Shown: positions 38,521 through 51,179 of the stretch, piece after piece | Numbering within the stretch: position 1 is the first letter of the stretch | Layout: each line of letters starts with the position of its first letter | DNA from: Lama glama | Lineage: Eukaryota | Direction: 5' to 3' | NCBI GenBank assembly: GCA_028534125.1 | Contig: CM052816.1 | Span: forward strand, 21,578,001-21,642,000 | DNA: 64,000 nucleotides | Notes under the pieces: generated by a model | Database searches by the model: none | What the model saw: the letters and a program-made list of their open reading frames with translations, nothing else | What the model was told of the DNA's origin: nothing | Translations under genes and position numbers: made by a program

Positions 38521-41500
38521 TCCGCCTTCCTCCCTCCAAAGGGCTAGGAGACTGTGGCCTTGGCCCCGCAGGGTCTAGCTTGGTGCCCGTTAAGTCTGGC
38601 TGTTGGATGAGAAAATTGTTCTGTTTTTTGTGGGATTTTTCTCCCTCCAGACACCCTTTTCAAATCTGCGTGGATTTGCCTCAAGAGCCGCGGAGTCTTG
38701 TGGTATCTAGTTAACTGATTCAACCAGCGGACCCTCTGTGTGTCAGAAACTGCAAGGAGTTGCTAGCCCAGTGGGGCAGGCGGACTGGAAGACCAGGAGA
38801 GTCCAGGCCCACGGCAGTGTGGTGAGTGCTGTGCTGGAACAGAGGAGCACCAGACTATGGGTACTTGGTACGCGGCAGAATGCTTCAGGTCAGAAGACTT
38901 CCTGGAGGAGGTGACCCATGAGCTAGAGTAGTCCAATGACGTCTAATTCAGACAGAGGAACAGCCTGTGTGAGTGGAAGCAGACCTGGGCACTCTAATGG
39001 AAGCAAGGTGATGGGGGAAGGGCTACTTTGGGGGATAGCTGCCCATGGCCCTGTCCACAAGCTTCAGGTGAGAGGAGAGTGCCTCGTATTTTGCCCTGTA
39101 TGTGGAGGGTGCTCAGTGAACCCTTGCAGCATAGGCATGGATCAGGGCATTTCCTGCTTCAGGACAGAGGCCCCTAGCTTTTTTTTTTCCCCCCTAATCT
39201 GACATCTTTAAGATGGTGTAAAAGAATATTAGAGTCCCTCTCAAGGCTAAGACTAGTGTCTTCTGCTGTGAAGTGACACCTAAGGCTAGTGTTGTTCTTT
39301 GGCCAGAGATCCTGACCCTGAGAGCAACGCTTGGAGGACATCACTTTGTAGCTTATGGCAGTCTCACATGTTCCCAGTTTTGCAGAGAATCACTGTCCAC
39401 TTAAGCATGTATAGAATGATTTTCCAAGATGCTGCTGCTTCTCAGCCTATATCACATCTGGGACAGCAGGTTCCATGATTTAGCTCTCTTTTAAACTAAC
39501 CATGATTTCCTTTGGCTTGTGCTTAAACTGCCCTTGAAGTGTCCAGGGTGCACTCTCTAACTTTGGTTCTGGACCTCAAAGGCCAGCCTGTCTGTTCACT
39601 TCTCCCTACTCTTGAGATGTTTAGACTTTGAATCCTTTTCTTTTAGGGCCTCATTTGCAGAGAGCCAAGCCTGTCCACTGTGTGGCCTAGCCAAAGAAGC
39701 CACGTAGCAAGGATGGAGTGAGTTGGCTGGGGGCCTCATCCCAGAGATGCTGTCATACTGAGCCACCCTTGTTCTCTGAGAGCTCAGCAGGCAGTCGTGG
39801 TGGCGACTAAGCATTGTCTGTGGCTTGTGATGGGCCCTTATGCCCTGTTGAATGCTCTGAAATAGCAAGTCTGGGAGAGTACTTACTTTGCCACTGGTTT
39901 AGCCTGGCCACAACTGATCTCTTTTCATTCCTTGAGTACCTTCTGGGTGCCTGGCTTCTGCTTAGAGTGTGCCTGAGGCTGGAATGAGAGAGGAGGGAGA
40001 GGAGGCAGCAGTGGTGGCACTATCCTTGCCCATGGGTCGTTCATAATCTCGCTGAGATTGCTGCTTCATCCTGGCAGCTGGTCACGTGACAGGGAGGACC
40101 TCATCAGAAGGAGAGACTGTGGGTGCAGCTCTGAGGAATGAGTAAGGTGAAGGAATCTGGGGTCTGCTCATTTCCTGAGAGAACCTCGCTTTTTGACTGC
40201 CCTCCCACAGCCTTGGAAGAGTCTGAGGCTGGATGCAAGACCTTGGCCAATGTGTGGCCACGCTGGCTGATAGTGTGCATTGGGCTGGTGGGTGTGTCCC
40301 TGGCTCCTGGAATCTGTCAAGAGTTTAATTTTATGCAGATGGGGGTTGTCAGGAAAGGCTGTGATGCAGGCATGTGCAAGCCCAGACAGGGTGTTGGAGT
40401 GAGAGTTAAACTTTGAAAAAGTTGCTCAAATCTAGCAATTTTGACTTTTGAAGTGCACCAGAGTGAGACATAAGCGTGTCCTTGAGTAGGGAGGGCTGGT
40501 AGCTCCTGTGGTCTCTGGGGTTTGAGCTGGGGATGTGGAATGAGCAATATAGTGTTTATTCTCAGAAGGAGCAGAGGGGAATGGAAAGTCTGGATTACTC
40601 TTCTTGGAGGCTTAGAAGAGAGTGTTTGTTTAAGAGGTGTCATTGCAGAGCAGAGGAGTAAATGTTTGGGTAGTGAGCTCTCCAGCTTAAATAAGACATG
40701 AGCCTGGTCACAGATCTGCTCTAGACCTTATAGGAAATGCTTGCTAGACTGTAGCCTGCTCTGTACCTGGCACTCCTGAAGGCCCAGGGTGTGGCTGAAA
40801 TCCTGAGGCCCGGTACTTGTAGGAGCTTGGAGTGACCAGGTCAGAGGCATAGAAATATGTGAGATTCTAGAGTATTGTTCCAGCTACCTGTTTTTTCCAG
40901 AAAGCTTTCCTTCCTTGGTGAGCATTAGAGCCAGTGATTGACTAGTTCCAGGGTTATTCCCTGATAGTCAGTGTGCTGCATTACTCTTTCCTGAATTAAT
41001 GTTTCATCTCTTTTAGCAATCCTGGGACATGGAGATTCCCCAGTTTCTGCCTTGTTATCATCTTCACTGTCCTCTAGGCTGGACCTTCCTTCTCTCCAGG
41101 GATCAGCTGGGCAGCTGGCTGCTTCAGGTCTATTGCTGTTCCTCTAGTACCACTGGTGCTTTGACTGGTATAAATTATGTCTAGTGCTGGGTTGCCCACT
41201 GATACCATCATCTCATTTAGTCCTCAAAATAGCCCTATGAGATGTAGGTCCTAATATTATCACCATTACATAGATGGGAAAACTGAGGCTCAAAGAGTCC
41301 CTGTAAATTGTCTAAGGTCCCAAAGCCAGGAAGTGATTTTGAGGCTGAGTTTTAACTCTGGGGCTGTCTGGCCCCAGGGTGGGTGTGCCTGCCTGCTGGA
41401 CTGTACTGCCTTGCCCTGAGCTGGGCACATGTTTATTGTGAGTCCTGTGATATCTGGGGCAGAAGTGACTGCTTACTTGAACTCGAGGCACCATGTTCCT

Positions 41501-41814
41501 GTCTATGTTGCTGTCTGCCTTCTGGTCAGATCCAGACAGGGATATCGGAGGCTACTTTGTGAACCACAATAACGTCCTTGACCTGGGCAGGCCTGCTCTG
41601 CCAGGGCCAAGTGTGGCTCCTCCTCTTGGGAGATCCGTATACTATTAGACAACAAATATTACTAAGTAGTATGTCAGGTATGCAGGAAGCCCTCTCTTGG
41701 CCTCAATTATCTATCTATAGATCTATGTCTGTAATGGAGATGTTTATCTAGTTTACAAGATTTTGGTTAGGATTGGGTCATAGAAATGAAAGATTTTTGG
41801 AAACATGAATAGTG

Positions 41815-42400
41815 GTTATCTTAGCCTAGTTCCCAGAGAACAGAGCCCAAGGCAGAGCTTAAGTCCTTAATGCTTTGTTGGAAGGTACAGTTGCAGGGCA
41901 GCAAGGGTAAGGGAAAAGAAAAGTGAGGAAGAGGAAGGTGAGGTAGAGATAGAGAAGGAGAGGGCAGCAATTACAACGTGGTGCTTTAGCAAGCTGGCCA
42001 GTCTGCACAGAGGTGCACTAGTTGTTTAGCCATGCAGCACATCTCTGGGCAGCTCTACAGAAACTCCGTGCTGAAGAACCGCTTCTCAGTAGAGGCCTGG
42101 AGAGGGGATTTATCTGCTGACGTCCTCTTGTCTCTGTTCTTCATTGGTCAGAGTTGCCTCATGAGGAGTTAAATCCCCCATGCCCACTCCTCAGTTGCAC
42201 TCCCAGGTTCTCCAGCAGCCCCTGAGGAGGCCAGCATGGCACTTGGTTGAAGTCTGGAAGTAGTGGGAGGAGCCAGAGATTTGGGGCCTGCATAGTCTCC
42301 TCTCCTGGGTCTGAAGCAAAGCAAGTGGACATAGGTGAGGCCAGGAGGGTACAAGGTGGTACATTAGATGCATCCAGTATAGTGGTGTGTGGATTTTATC
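41815..42400. mobile_element. ERVL-type LTR remnant (LTR16/LTR33-like)
   Basis: Terminal phrase tcttagcctagttcccagagaacagagcccaaggcagagctt resembles this family; degenerate. Confidence 0.45.
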
Positions 42401-42613
42401 CTTTCTATAGTTCCTTATTAGTTAGTCTTGCCTAGACTGCCAAGTCTTTGACAAGACTATGATTGAAAACCCAGCTTGGCTTTTGCATGTTGAATTTTAC
42501 AGCCTTTTCTGCTACTTCATTGCCTAGTTACTGAAGCAGGAGACTTTGTGGTTTTGATGGTACCCAAGTGGGAAGTACAAGTCAACATTTTCTGGTACCA
42601 GATAGAGAAGATA

Positions 42614-42766
42614 CAGTCAGCCCTCTGTATCCATGAATGTGAAATCTTTGAACACAGAAGACTGACTGTACTATGCCTTTTTATATAAGACACTGAGCAT
42701 CCGTGGATGTTGCTGTCTGCAGTGCCTTTTGGAATCAATACCCTGCAGGTACTTGAGGGACAACTG
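42614..42766. mobile_element. Tigger/MER2-like MITE
   Basis: Imperfect TIRs cagtcagccctc and gagggacaactg, flanked by TA at 42612-42613 and 42767-42768 (Tc1/mariner target duplication). Confidence 0.8.
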
Positions 42767-45700
42767 TAAAGGGATAGGCATTAACATCTAGGCTTTGTCA
42801 GGTTCTCAGTGAATGAGAATTTTTTCATGTGAGATAGTAGTTCAGGATATGAAACCTGGAGTCATGAGATGGGCTGGAGAAGGCAGTAGGGCCAGGTCAC
42901 ACAGAGGCAAAAAGGCCCTTAGGACTGAGGAGTTTGCACTTTACCCAGAGGGCAGTGGAGAGCCTTTGGAGGAGTCTTAGGGGGAGAGAGACCAAGTGGG
43001 CTGCAGTAAGCCGCGCTGGCTATTGTGTAGAAAGGAGTTTGGAGAGAGGTCACATGAAATGAGAGACCAGTGCAGGCAGAGGCTAGTATGACTGCAGGAG
43101 AAAATTAGAGGTGGCTCAGAGCAGAGCTGGGTGATGACTAGGTGTGACATCAGGAAAGGAGAGTACCAGAGACAGAAGCTTGTGGGCTTAAATGAATATC
43201 CATGTGCTTAGGTGGTATGGCCTTCCTGACCCTCTGTACAACGCTTACTGGATTGAGCGCGCAGGTCCTCTTGGCTCTGCCATCCAGAGTTGGCCATACC
43301 ACTGGGAGGCAGGGCCGCTGGGGGGAGCCCTGTTCAGGCAGATTTTACCCCTTAACAGAAGGCAAGCAGCCTCTTGTTCAGAGCCAGGCAAGACCTGTTT
43401 ATTCTCAGCAAACCCATGTTCTGTCTCTAGGCTGTTAAATACATTGTTAAAACTCGAGCTGTTGCATTTGGGTTGCAGCTGGGAGCTTGGCAGAAGTTCC
43501 TGCTAGATGAGGTAAGGGGAGAAGCTAAGGACACTCCTGGTTTGCAGCTGGAAACATCTTTTTGGCCATTTGGCCAGGTTGTAAATGTCCTTTCCAAAGA
43601 GCAGGCTCACTGGGGCCTCCGATTGTATGTCTTGGAATTCCCTTGTGCTTAGAAACAGTGCTGGTTGCCTAGTGGGAGAATCACTGGCCTTGGGGTGTTG
43701 GCAGGCTTTGGAGGACCTCCTGGTGGGGATCCAAACTCAGGCTGCCACAGTGCTTTGGAGTCCAGTTGAGAGAGCCTGCTCTGTTTTCTTTTCATTTCAA
43801 GTATATTCTAAAATATATTTTAAATTTTCCAGAGAACTCCTTGTGGCAAGATTAGAGACTATAAGTAAACATAAGTAGAAAAATAAAATTACTTCACTAA
43901 GATACTAGTAGATTTATGACTCTGTGTACATGTATGCAAATATGTAAGTTTGCATGTATTTAAAATTTTTTTCCTGTAAAATTGAAATCATAGAGTACAT
44001 GTTATTTCGGAGCCTGCTTTTCTCACTCAAAGTAAGCTTTGATCTTCTCTCCCTGCTAATATGAATACAGTATCCATTCTTAACATAATCCATGATATGG
44101 AAGTATTGTAACATCTTTTGTTGTAGTTTCCTGGCATGAGCAAGTCTGTGGTGAAGTATTGTTTATTGGGGGTCTGATATGGGCCAGACTTTTTTCTAAA
44201 CTTGGAATACAGCGCAGACAAAACTCAATATTGGTTTTTCTGCTCAGGCTTGGTGCCGTTTTATTTTCATAAAAGTAGGTTTGACATTGCCCATTTCCAG
44301 GCCTATTCGACATGGGTTTCTGAGGGTTCCTGGGAGGGCTTTTGGCAGCACTGAACACTGGTGGGGGCACTAGGCAGACACGTACACTTCCACCTACTCT
44401 GTCCTAAGCAAGCTCTGGGTATAGACAGGAGATGGGATGGACGGCATGTAGGTGGTTGGCTTTTCCCACACTGTGGGACACAGCCCTTGTTGGAGGCTGC
44501 CTCCTCCCAACCTGACCCTGATTAGATGCCCTTTTGTATACCTCATACAAATTAGTGTTCAGGGGCCCAGGATCAGGAGAAATGGGGTGGGGCTCCAGCG
44601 CATACCTGCTTGGGGTGGCAGTGTGATGGTGGTGGGCTGGGGGCTGCACGAGAGTGTCTGGCTCTCTGGGCCTGCAGGTTGTCCCCTTCCTCCATCAGAG
44701 CAGGACTTCACAGACTCTTGGTAAGCCATTTCCTAGAACCCCATCTGTGATTCTTTGGGGCTCTGCCTCCAGGCTAGGATTCATGGATAGGCTCAGTCTA
44801 AGCCAGATAGCACATTCCAGAGAAGTGACAGCTGGTATTCATGTAATGAAGGAACCTGGCTGCTTTATCGTGAGTAAGGCATGAATCATGAACTGTGTCA
44901 CCAGGGTGATTGGAAAGGAGCAGAGAGGCTTCTCCTTCCCTTGAATTTATTACCTGATCCCTGAAAAGACATGCCACTGCAACTGGTGGCACAACAGGGG
45001 AGAAACCCTGGGACCCCCTACTTCCAGCCGTGGTTGGTCTGGTCTCCTGCTTGGGCTCTGCTCTCCCACCACCCCAGCCTGTCTGGCAGTTGGCTGTTTC
45101 CTCACTGTTCACAGATACAGCCTCCTGGTTCTGGGTTTTTTCTCTTCCTTCCCTTTATACATACAGAAGTGCACTCTTGAGCTGATGAAGCTTCTTGAAG
45201 TACAAGGAGCAGACACTGCCCCTTGTGAAAGCGGCTTGTGTAAGCAAGAACAGAGGCTTTCTGGAATCCCGGGGTGGAGATGCAGTATGCTGAGGCCTGG
45301 GGGCAGACCTGTGGCTGGAATAAGGGGGACCTGGGCTCCACCTTGGGGCCAGGCTAGGCCTGCTCACCTTCTTTCAGTGACTTGCTTTCCTCTGCTGCCT
45401 TAACTGTATAATGATTCTCTTAGCCCATACTCCCTCCCCTGCAGCAGGTTCTGGACTGGAGGATCTTGCCCTGTGTATCTCTGTGCCCCTAACACCTAGG
45501 GCATTGATGGGCATGATACCAGCTCTGCAGACATTTGGCAGGGGATCAACAAATGGGGACTCTCACTTGTTCTCTCTTCTCCCTCATATAGAAACCCATT
45601 TGGGGGTGGGGTTGTGGTTGGCTTCTCTGAGCCTAACCTGGAACCACAGTGGATTGGCATTTCTTCTGAAAGGGTGAGGTGAGGAATAGTGGATGTGACT

Positions 45701-46906
45701 GCATCTCATCAATTATGGCAGTCAAAAAGCTGATGCACTGGCAGCTAAGACTTCGAATTGTCTCAGATAAGGCTTATGTTTTAGAGGAAAGCATTTGTAT
45801 TTCCTTTATTTCCCTTGTTTTCTTTTAGTAAATTTCCAGTGGGGCTTGGCTGAAGTAGAGCAGGAAGAGGAGGGACTGACAGAACTGTCTCAAGTGGGTG
45901 CTCTTCCTCCAGCAGGCTCGGGGCTGGGAGGTGACGTCCTGAGCTTCCATTGTGTACTTGGGTCCACTGCCAGTGGGGCTTGTCCCACGTTGTGCCTGCT
46001 GCCTTCAGACCTGGGTCTGGCTATTTCTAGGTTGATGAGAAGATAACAGCTGGCCTCTGACTCATGTCAGAAGCTCAGCATAAGATGTTGGCCCTGTGTG
46101 GCTAATTCATTTATATTCTGAGTGCCTAGCTCAGTGCCTGGCATATGTGGGTCTTTAGTAAATATTTGTGAGTTGTGTCTCTCCACGAGGACAGTGTCTG
46201 CCGAGGAGCCTCACTACAGGAAGAGCAGTGTCTGCCCAGAGTGCCTGCTCCCCAGCTGCTCTGGCTGCAGCCGGGTGCAGACTGGCAGGGAGCAGTTTTA
46301 TTTCTCTTCTGGCCCGCCATCTGCTGTACACTTTTTTCGGGGTGTGGGTCCCCTGGAACATATTGTATCAAGTTCTCTTTCTTGTCATTGTCTCTCCTAT
46401 ACTTTTCAGTCTTGTGGGTAAGGACGTGTGTTACATCTGGGTCCCCAGAACCTGCCCTGTCCTGGCACATGTGCTCGTAGGAAAAACAGAAGCAGACAAG
46501 CGGTCTGTGAAACAAGGTGGAATGGGCCAGAATCTTAAGACTGACAGACTATTAGAACCAGAGGTGACTGTCCCCCTCAGTTCAGCCTTCCCATGTTGCT
46601 GGTGGTTACCAGAAGTTGAGAGGGCAGAGTCTTCTCCCAAGGGCATTTGGCCTCCCAAAGTAGGGGCCAGAATTAAGCACACATCACTGTACACCCTGGC
46701 TGGCATCTTTCCACTGGTGATCCTGAATATTTTTCTTAGCTTCTGTGTGCTCGGTAAGGATTTAGGCATGTTTGAATGTGTGTGTATATGTGCATATGTC
46801 AACGTGTGTCCTCACCTAAGTCGCTTTTTACCTAAGTTGCTTTTTATCATTGTTGATCCGATGATTATTATCACTGAATGCCTTGCAGACACTGCCTTCT
46901 GTGACC

Positions 46907-46988
46907 ATGAAATTCTGGATGTCCACGTTGCTGGTGGCATGGTTTGGTGTCCTGGGCTGTGTGCGGGCTGAATTCTTCACTTCTATTG
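46907..46988 (+). CDS. P4HA2: P4HA2 exon 2 coding part (signal peptide); exon starts at 46889
   Basis: ccttgcag acceptor, gaccATG start; encodes MKFWMSTLLVAWFGVLGCVRA-EFFTSI(G); GTACGT donor; 82 nt. Confidence 0.95.
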
Positions 46989-47153
46989 GTACGTGCCAAC
47001 AGGACTGTTGTCTACCTGAGCAATCCTTGGCTCAAGTGCCAAGGGATGTCACTGCCTGAGGGCTGTTCTCATTCAGTGTGGGATGGCTTCACCCACTGGT
47101 TTTGACCAGATCTGGAGAGAGTGAGGCTTGCAGAGCTGTTCTTCCTTACTCTT

Positions 47154-47326
47154 TTTTTTAAACAATCTTTTAATTTTTTCTTTCACTTATTTTATTTATT
47201 CTATTTTGGGGAGAAGGTAATTTGTTTGTTTGTTTGTTTATTTATTTATTGAGGAGGTACTGGAGATTGAACCCAGGACCTCATGTATGCTAAGCATGTG
47301 TTCTACCACTTGAGCTATATCCTCCC
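47154..47326 (-). mobile_element. tRNA-derived SINE (camelid-type)
   Basis: Same family as 33755-33891 (atagctcaagtggtaga...ctgggttcaatctcc); degenerate 18-bp TSD ctgttcttccttactctt (47136-47153) and ctgctcttccccactctt (47327-47344). Confidence 0.85.
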
Positions 47327-47784
47327 CTGCTCTTCCCCACTCTTGAGCCCTGATGATCTGGATGTTTTTCCTGTGAGCCAGCTGTCTCAACTGGACCTCC
47401 TTTCTGGCAAGTGCAGGCTGCACATTGCCACCTTTCTCCTGGACCAGAGAGTGGTTTGAACAGAAAAGCCCCCAGGATGTCCATGTCCCAGTGACATGAC
47501 CCAGCTGGGTGACAGTGGGAGAATGCGGTTTGGGGTTCCTTTCTTAAGTAGTCCCCAGTGCACTTAACATCCTCTTAGAGGCTCTGCCTTTCTCTTCCTG
47601 AATCTGGGGGCCAGGACCATAAGAATGCCTCAGACCCCTTTAACTTCAGGTCCCTGTGACCCAAGAGAGCTGACATGCCTGTGGCCCAGGGGACTTGCCT
47701 CTGTGCTGGTGTTCTGTGCCTCAAGGATGAGAGCTGGATGTCCCTCATCGATTTCTTACTGGCCCTTTTTTCTTTCTGTTGCAG

Positions 47785-47881
47785 GGCACATGACGGACCT
47801 GATTTATGCAGAGAAGGACCTGGTGCAGTCCCTGAAGGAGTACATCCTAGTGGAGGAAGCCAAGCTCTCCAAGATTAAGAG
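47785..47881 (+). CDS. P4HA2: P4HA2 exon 3
   Basis: 97 nt; encodes HMTDLIYAEKDLVQSLKEYILVEEAKLSKIK; AG/GT boundaries. Confidence 0.97.
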
Positions 47882-48269
47882 GTGTCTGATGTCCTAAGTC
47901 CCCATACCCACCCTGGGCCAGCCCTCCTGCCCCACTAGGAACCCATTCAGGGTGCCCATAAGAAGAAGCCCTTGAGAGGGCAGTGTGGGCCAGGCCTGGA
48001 GGTTGCTTCATGCCAGTCCTCCAGAGTGGCCAAGTATGTGGGCTAAGGACTTACTGCTTTTTCCTTGCTATTTAAAAGCCTTTTTGCATGTTACTAGGTT
48101 TCCCAGTTCTCATCTAGATTAAGGAGCTGGAAGTATCAGTGGGGAGTTACTGTATTCATTTTTTATTGCCTCTTGATGAAAAAGGTCCTGAATCTTACCA
48201 GGGAAATTACCACAGGTGGAGATTCATGTGAGTGAGTGTGTTAGTCCTCCTTTGTCTCTGGTTCCATAG

Positions 48270-48421
48270 CTGGGCCAACAAAATGGAAGCCCTGACCAGC
48301 AAGTCGGCTGCTGACCCTGAGGGCTACCTGGCCCACCCTGTGAATGCCTATAAACTGGTGAAGCGGCTGAACACAGACTGGCCTGCGCTGGAGGACCTTG
48401 TCCTGCAAGACTCGGCTGCAG
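48270..48421 (+). CDS. P4HA2: P4HA2 exon 4
   Basis: 152 nt; encodes SWANKMEALTSKSAADPEGYLAHPVNAYKLVKRLNTDWPALEDLVLQDSAA. Confidence 0.97.
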
Positions 48422-51041
48422 GTGAGGGAGAGTGAGCAGGTGCTTGGGTGAGCTAGTAAGCCCATGTGCTTGCACCTGGGAAGGCTCTGAGCCTGTCCCA
48501 GATCTGGGTGTTGGTGGGCACATGAAGTGTGTGACATGGAGCCTGCCGGTCACTTGGCTCTCTCTCTTTTCTGTGGGGACCTGGCTATCCTTGCTTTTAA
48601 TATATAATAACAATCAGTTCTTAACTTTTCCCTAGTGTTTTCACTTCCCTTTTCTGGTAGGAACTTTATTCTGATTACATTTTAGTAGCATGTTTTTATA
48701 TAAAAATTGCAATTGAAGCAATTGTATAGGAAAATTACAGTTTTTAATCCAATTGTCTAGTGATAAACACTATTAAAGTTCTAGTCTTTATACACATGTA
48801 TATATAAAAAAGAAAAGGAACCCTACCTATGTACCAGGGGATGCAAATGCACTTGCTCTGAGGGGCCAAAAGAATGAACAAAAGTGAGTTAAGTGGACTG
48901 AATGGCGGGACCGGCACGAGCTAGGGAGCGTGGGCCTCATCTAAATTCACTCCTGCTCATATCTTTTAGAAATAAAACATATCTGTTGGCGGATTTATGA
49001 CATAAGCACATTCTGTTTTCCTGAATTTTTCAGCATCTCTGTATGTTCTTTAAGTGTTCTTCTGGAACATGGTTTTAATGTCTGGACAGTAATATGTCAC
49101 AATGATATAGTGTAAAACTGGTCAAATCAGTGGATGTGGAATTGTATCCAAATCATAAGCGTATCTTACACATATCTTTGTGCCTATCTCTGATTATTTT
49201 CTTAGAATAAATTCCTAGAAGTGGTATTTGCAGGTCAGAATATGAGGTTTTTTTTAAAGCTTTAACTTGCTTTTACTGTAGTAGTACTTTCTATGCTCTA
49301 AAATTTTTCTCTCAGCAGGAGATGGAGGGGCAGGCCTGGAGGAAGGCTCTCCTGACTTCCAGCCTTGGGCCCAGCCCCTCTGGACTCACTGTCTCTTCTC
49401 CCTGAGTTGGGAGTGCTGGTTAACTTCAGACTAGTTGTCTTTCTGACTGAGGCGTTTTTGCCTATGTGGCCAGACTGGGCTGGGCTTGGCTGTGAGCAGG
49501 ATGGCGTCTGGGGAGGGATTGGTGAGCTCAGCCAGGCTGGAGCTGTGCCCAGTGAGCTCACTGCCTCCAGAAGTCATGGCTGCCTCTCCCAGACCCCTGC
49601 CTTCCAGCCTGGGCCTGTAGTCAGAACTGGCTGTTCTGCCTGCACTGTGGGATATTCAGCCTGCCCAGATGACCCTGCTCTCCAATCTTGTTCTGCACCC
49701 CCCACCCCCACCATCACCATCTGGTTCCTTTGGAAAACCTTATAATTAGCTGGAGGGAGATAGGACAGTCCCCGAGAGCAATAGGTTGTTTTCACTTCTT
49801 ACTTACAGAGTTCTTTCCCCCGAAACGGGGGAGGGGAACAGAGAGACATGCTGACAATGCTACTTTCTCTGGGAGCACTTTTTTTCCCCTGGCTTATAAA
49901 CTCTTAGAGTCCCTGACCATACAGCCATGATGAAGACAGGGTTGCAGCTTCTTGGTCCCTGGGTCCCCAGACATAGCTGAAAGTGAGTGTGTGAGCCTGA
50001 GGTTGTGAGAGTAGGCGGCTGTGGGTGTTGCTTCTCTGAGGAAGAGGCCAGAGAAGAAATGGCCTTGGAGTTTCCCTTCCAGTTCTCAGCTCATGGGCAG
50101 AAATGAAGCCTCTGGATCAGCCTGGGAGGGCCTGGCCCTCACCTGGAATCCTGAGATTGCAGGAGGTTTGTGTCTTGCTTTACAGCTAGGACTTGGAGTC
50201 CCAGAACTGCTTCTTTGGCTATTCTGTGGTCCGGGGCTCTCCCAGGCTCCAGGCTGTGTTCTTGAGTACCACACTTGGGGAGCTCATGCCCTATGTCATT
50301 GCAGGCCTGAGTCGGAGCGTACCCTAGTAAACAGCAAGGGTTCAGTAAAGTCTCTCAGGGTGACTGTGCCTGGCTTGTGCAGCCCCACCTCAGTGCTTAG
50401 CCTGGTCAGATGGTCTTCCAGTCCCTAATCTGGGAGTAGGGACAGCACCAAACGCCTCCGTGACTGTCATTATCACCTTTCTGGATGATAAAGGCCAGTG
50501 GTGAGTAAGGAGTAGCCAGCTGGGCTCTCTGAGTTGATCATCTCTGTTCTTGGGCTCTTCAGCCTGAGGTGTGGGCTGGAAGTCTGTGTTTACCTGGCCA
50601 ACCCAGTAATCCTGGATCAAGGTTTTCCATGTGATTCATTTTCTACTGAGTGGTTGGCAAGTTCTCCCTGCATCCTCTCCTGTGTCCCTGTCAGTTACCC
50701 TCACTGTCCTCTGTCCCTTCTGTCTACAGCAGTTACGACTGCATGCTTTGGAGCCAGGACTCCCAGACTCCTCTATGTCAATTAGTGAGTGAGGCCCTTT
50801 CTGTTCAGTTTCAAATGAGCAGCACAGGTAGTCGGTACAGTGAGGAGTAAGGAAGGAGAGGTCTCCGTGGACTGGAGCCACCAGGGAGGGCTTCCTGGAG
50901 GAAGGGGAAATAGCCTCTGAGGGAAGGGGCAGAGAGATTGCACTAGCCAGAGAGACCCTCCGGTGGTGCCTCTCTGGTTCCAGGTGGAATTCTACCCCTG
51001 GACCAAGGGTAACCTTCTGCTCTCACTCTCTCCTTTGGAAG

Positions 51042-51179
51042 GTTTTATTGCTAACCTGTCAGTGCAGCGACAGTTCTTTCCCACTGAGGAGGATGAAACA
51101 GGAGCCGCGAAGGCCTTGATGAGGCTTCAGGACACATACAAACTGGACCCAGACACGATTTCCAAAGGGGAACTTCCAG
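51042..51179 (+). CDS. P4HA2: P4HA2 exon 5
   Basis: 138 nt; AAG acceptor; encodes GFIANLSVQRQFFPTEEDETGAAKALMRLQDTYKLDPDTISKGELP; includes the NLS N-glycosylation sequon. Confidence 0.96.

Noticed and set aside
37476..38547. Overlapping ORFs of 150-313 aa on both strands
   Set aside because: CpG-island artefacts at the P4HA2 promoter with low-complexity translations.
46168..46971. 267-aa hydrophobic plus-strand ORF overlapping P4HA2 exon 2
   Set aside because: Non-ATG start, intronic T/G-rich composition, different frame from P4HA2, no recognisable domain.
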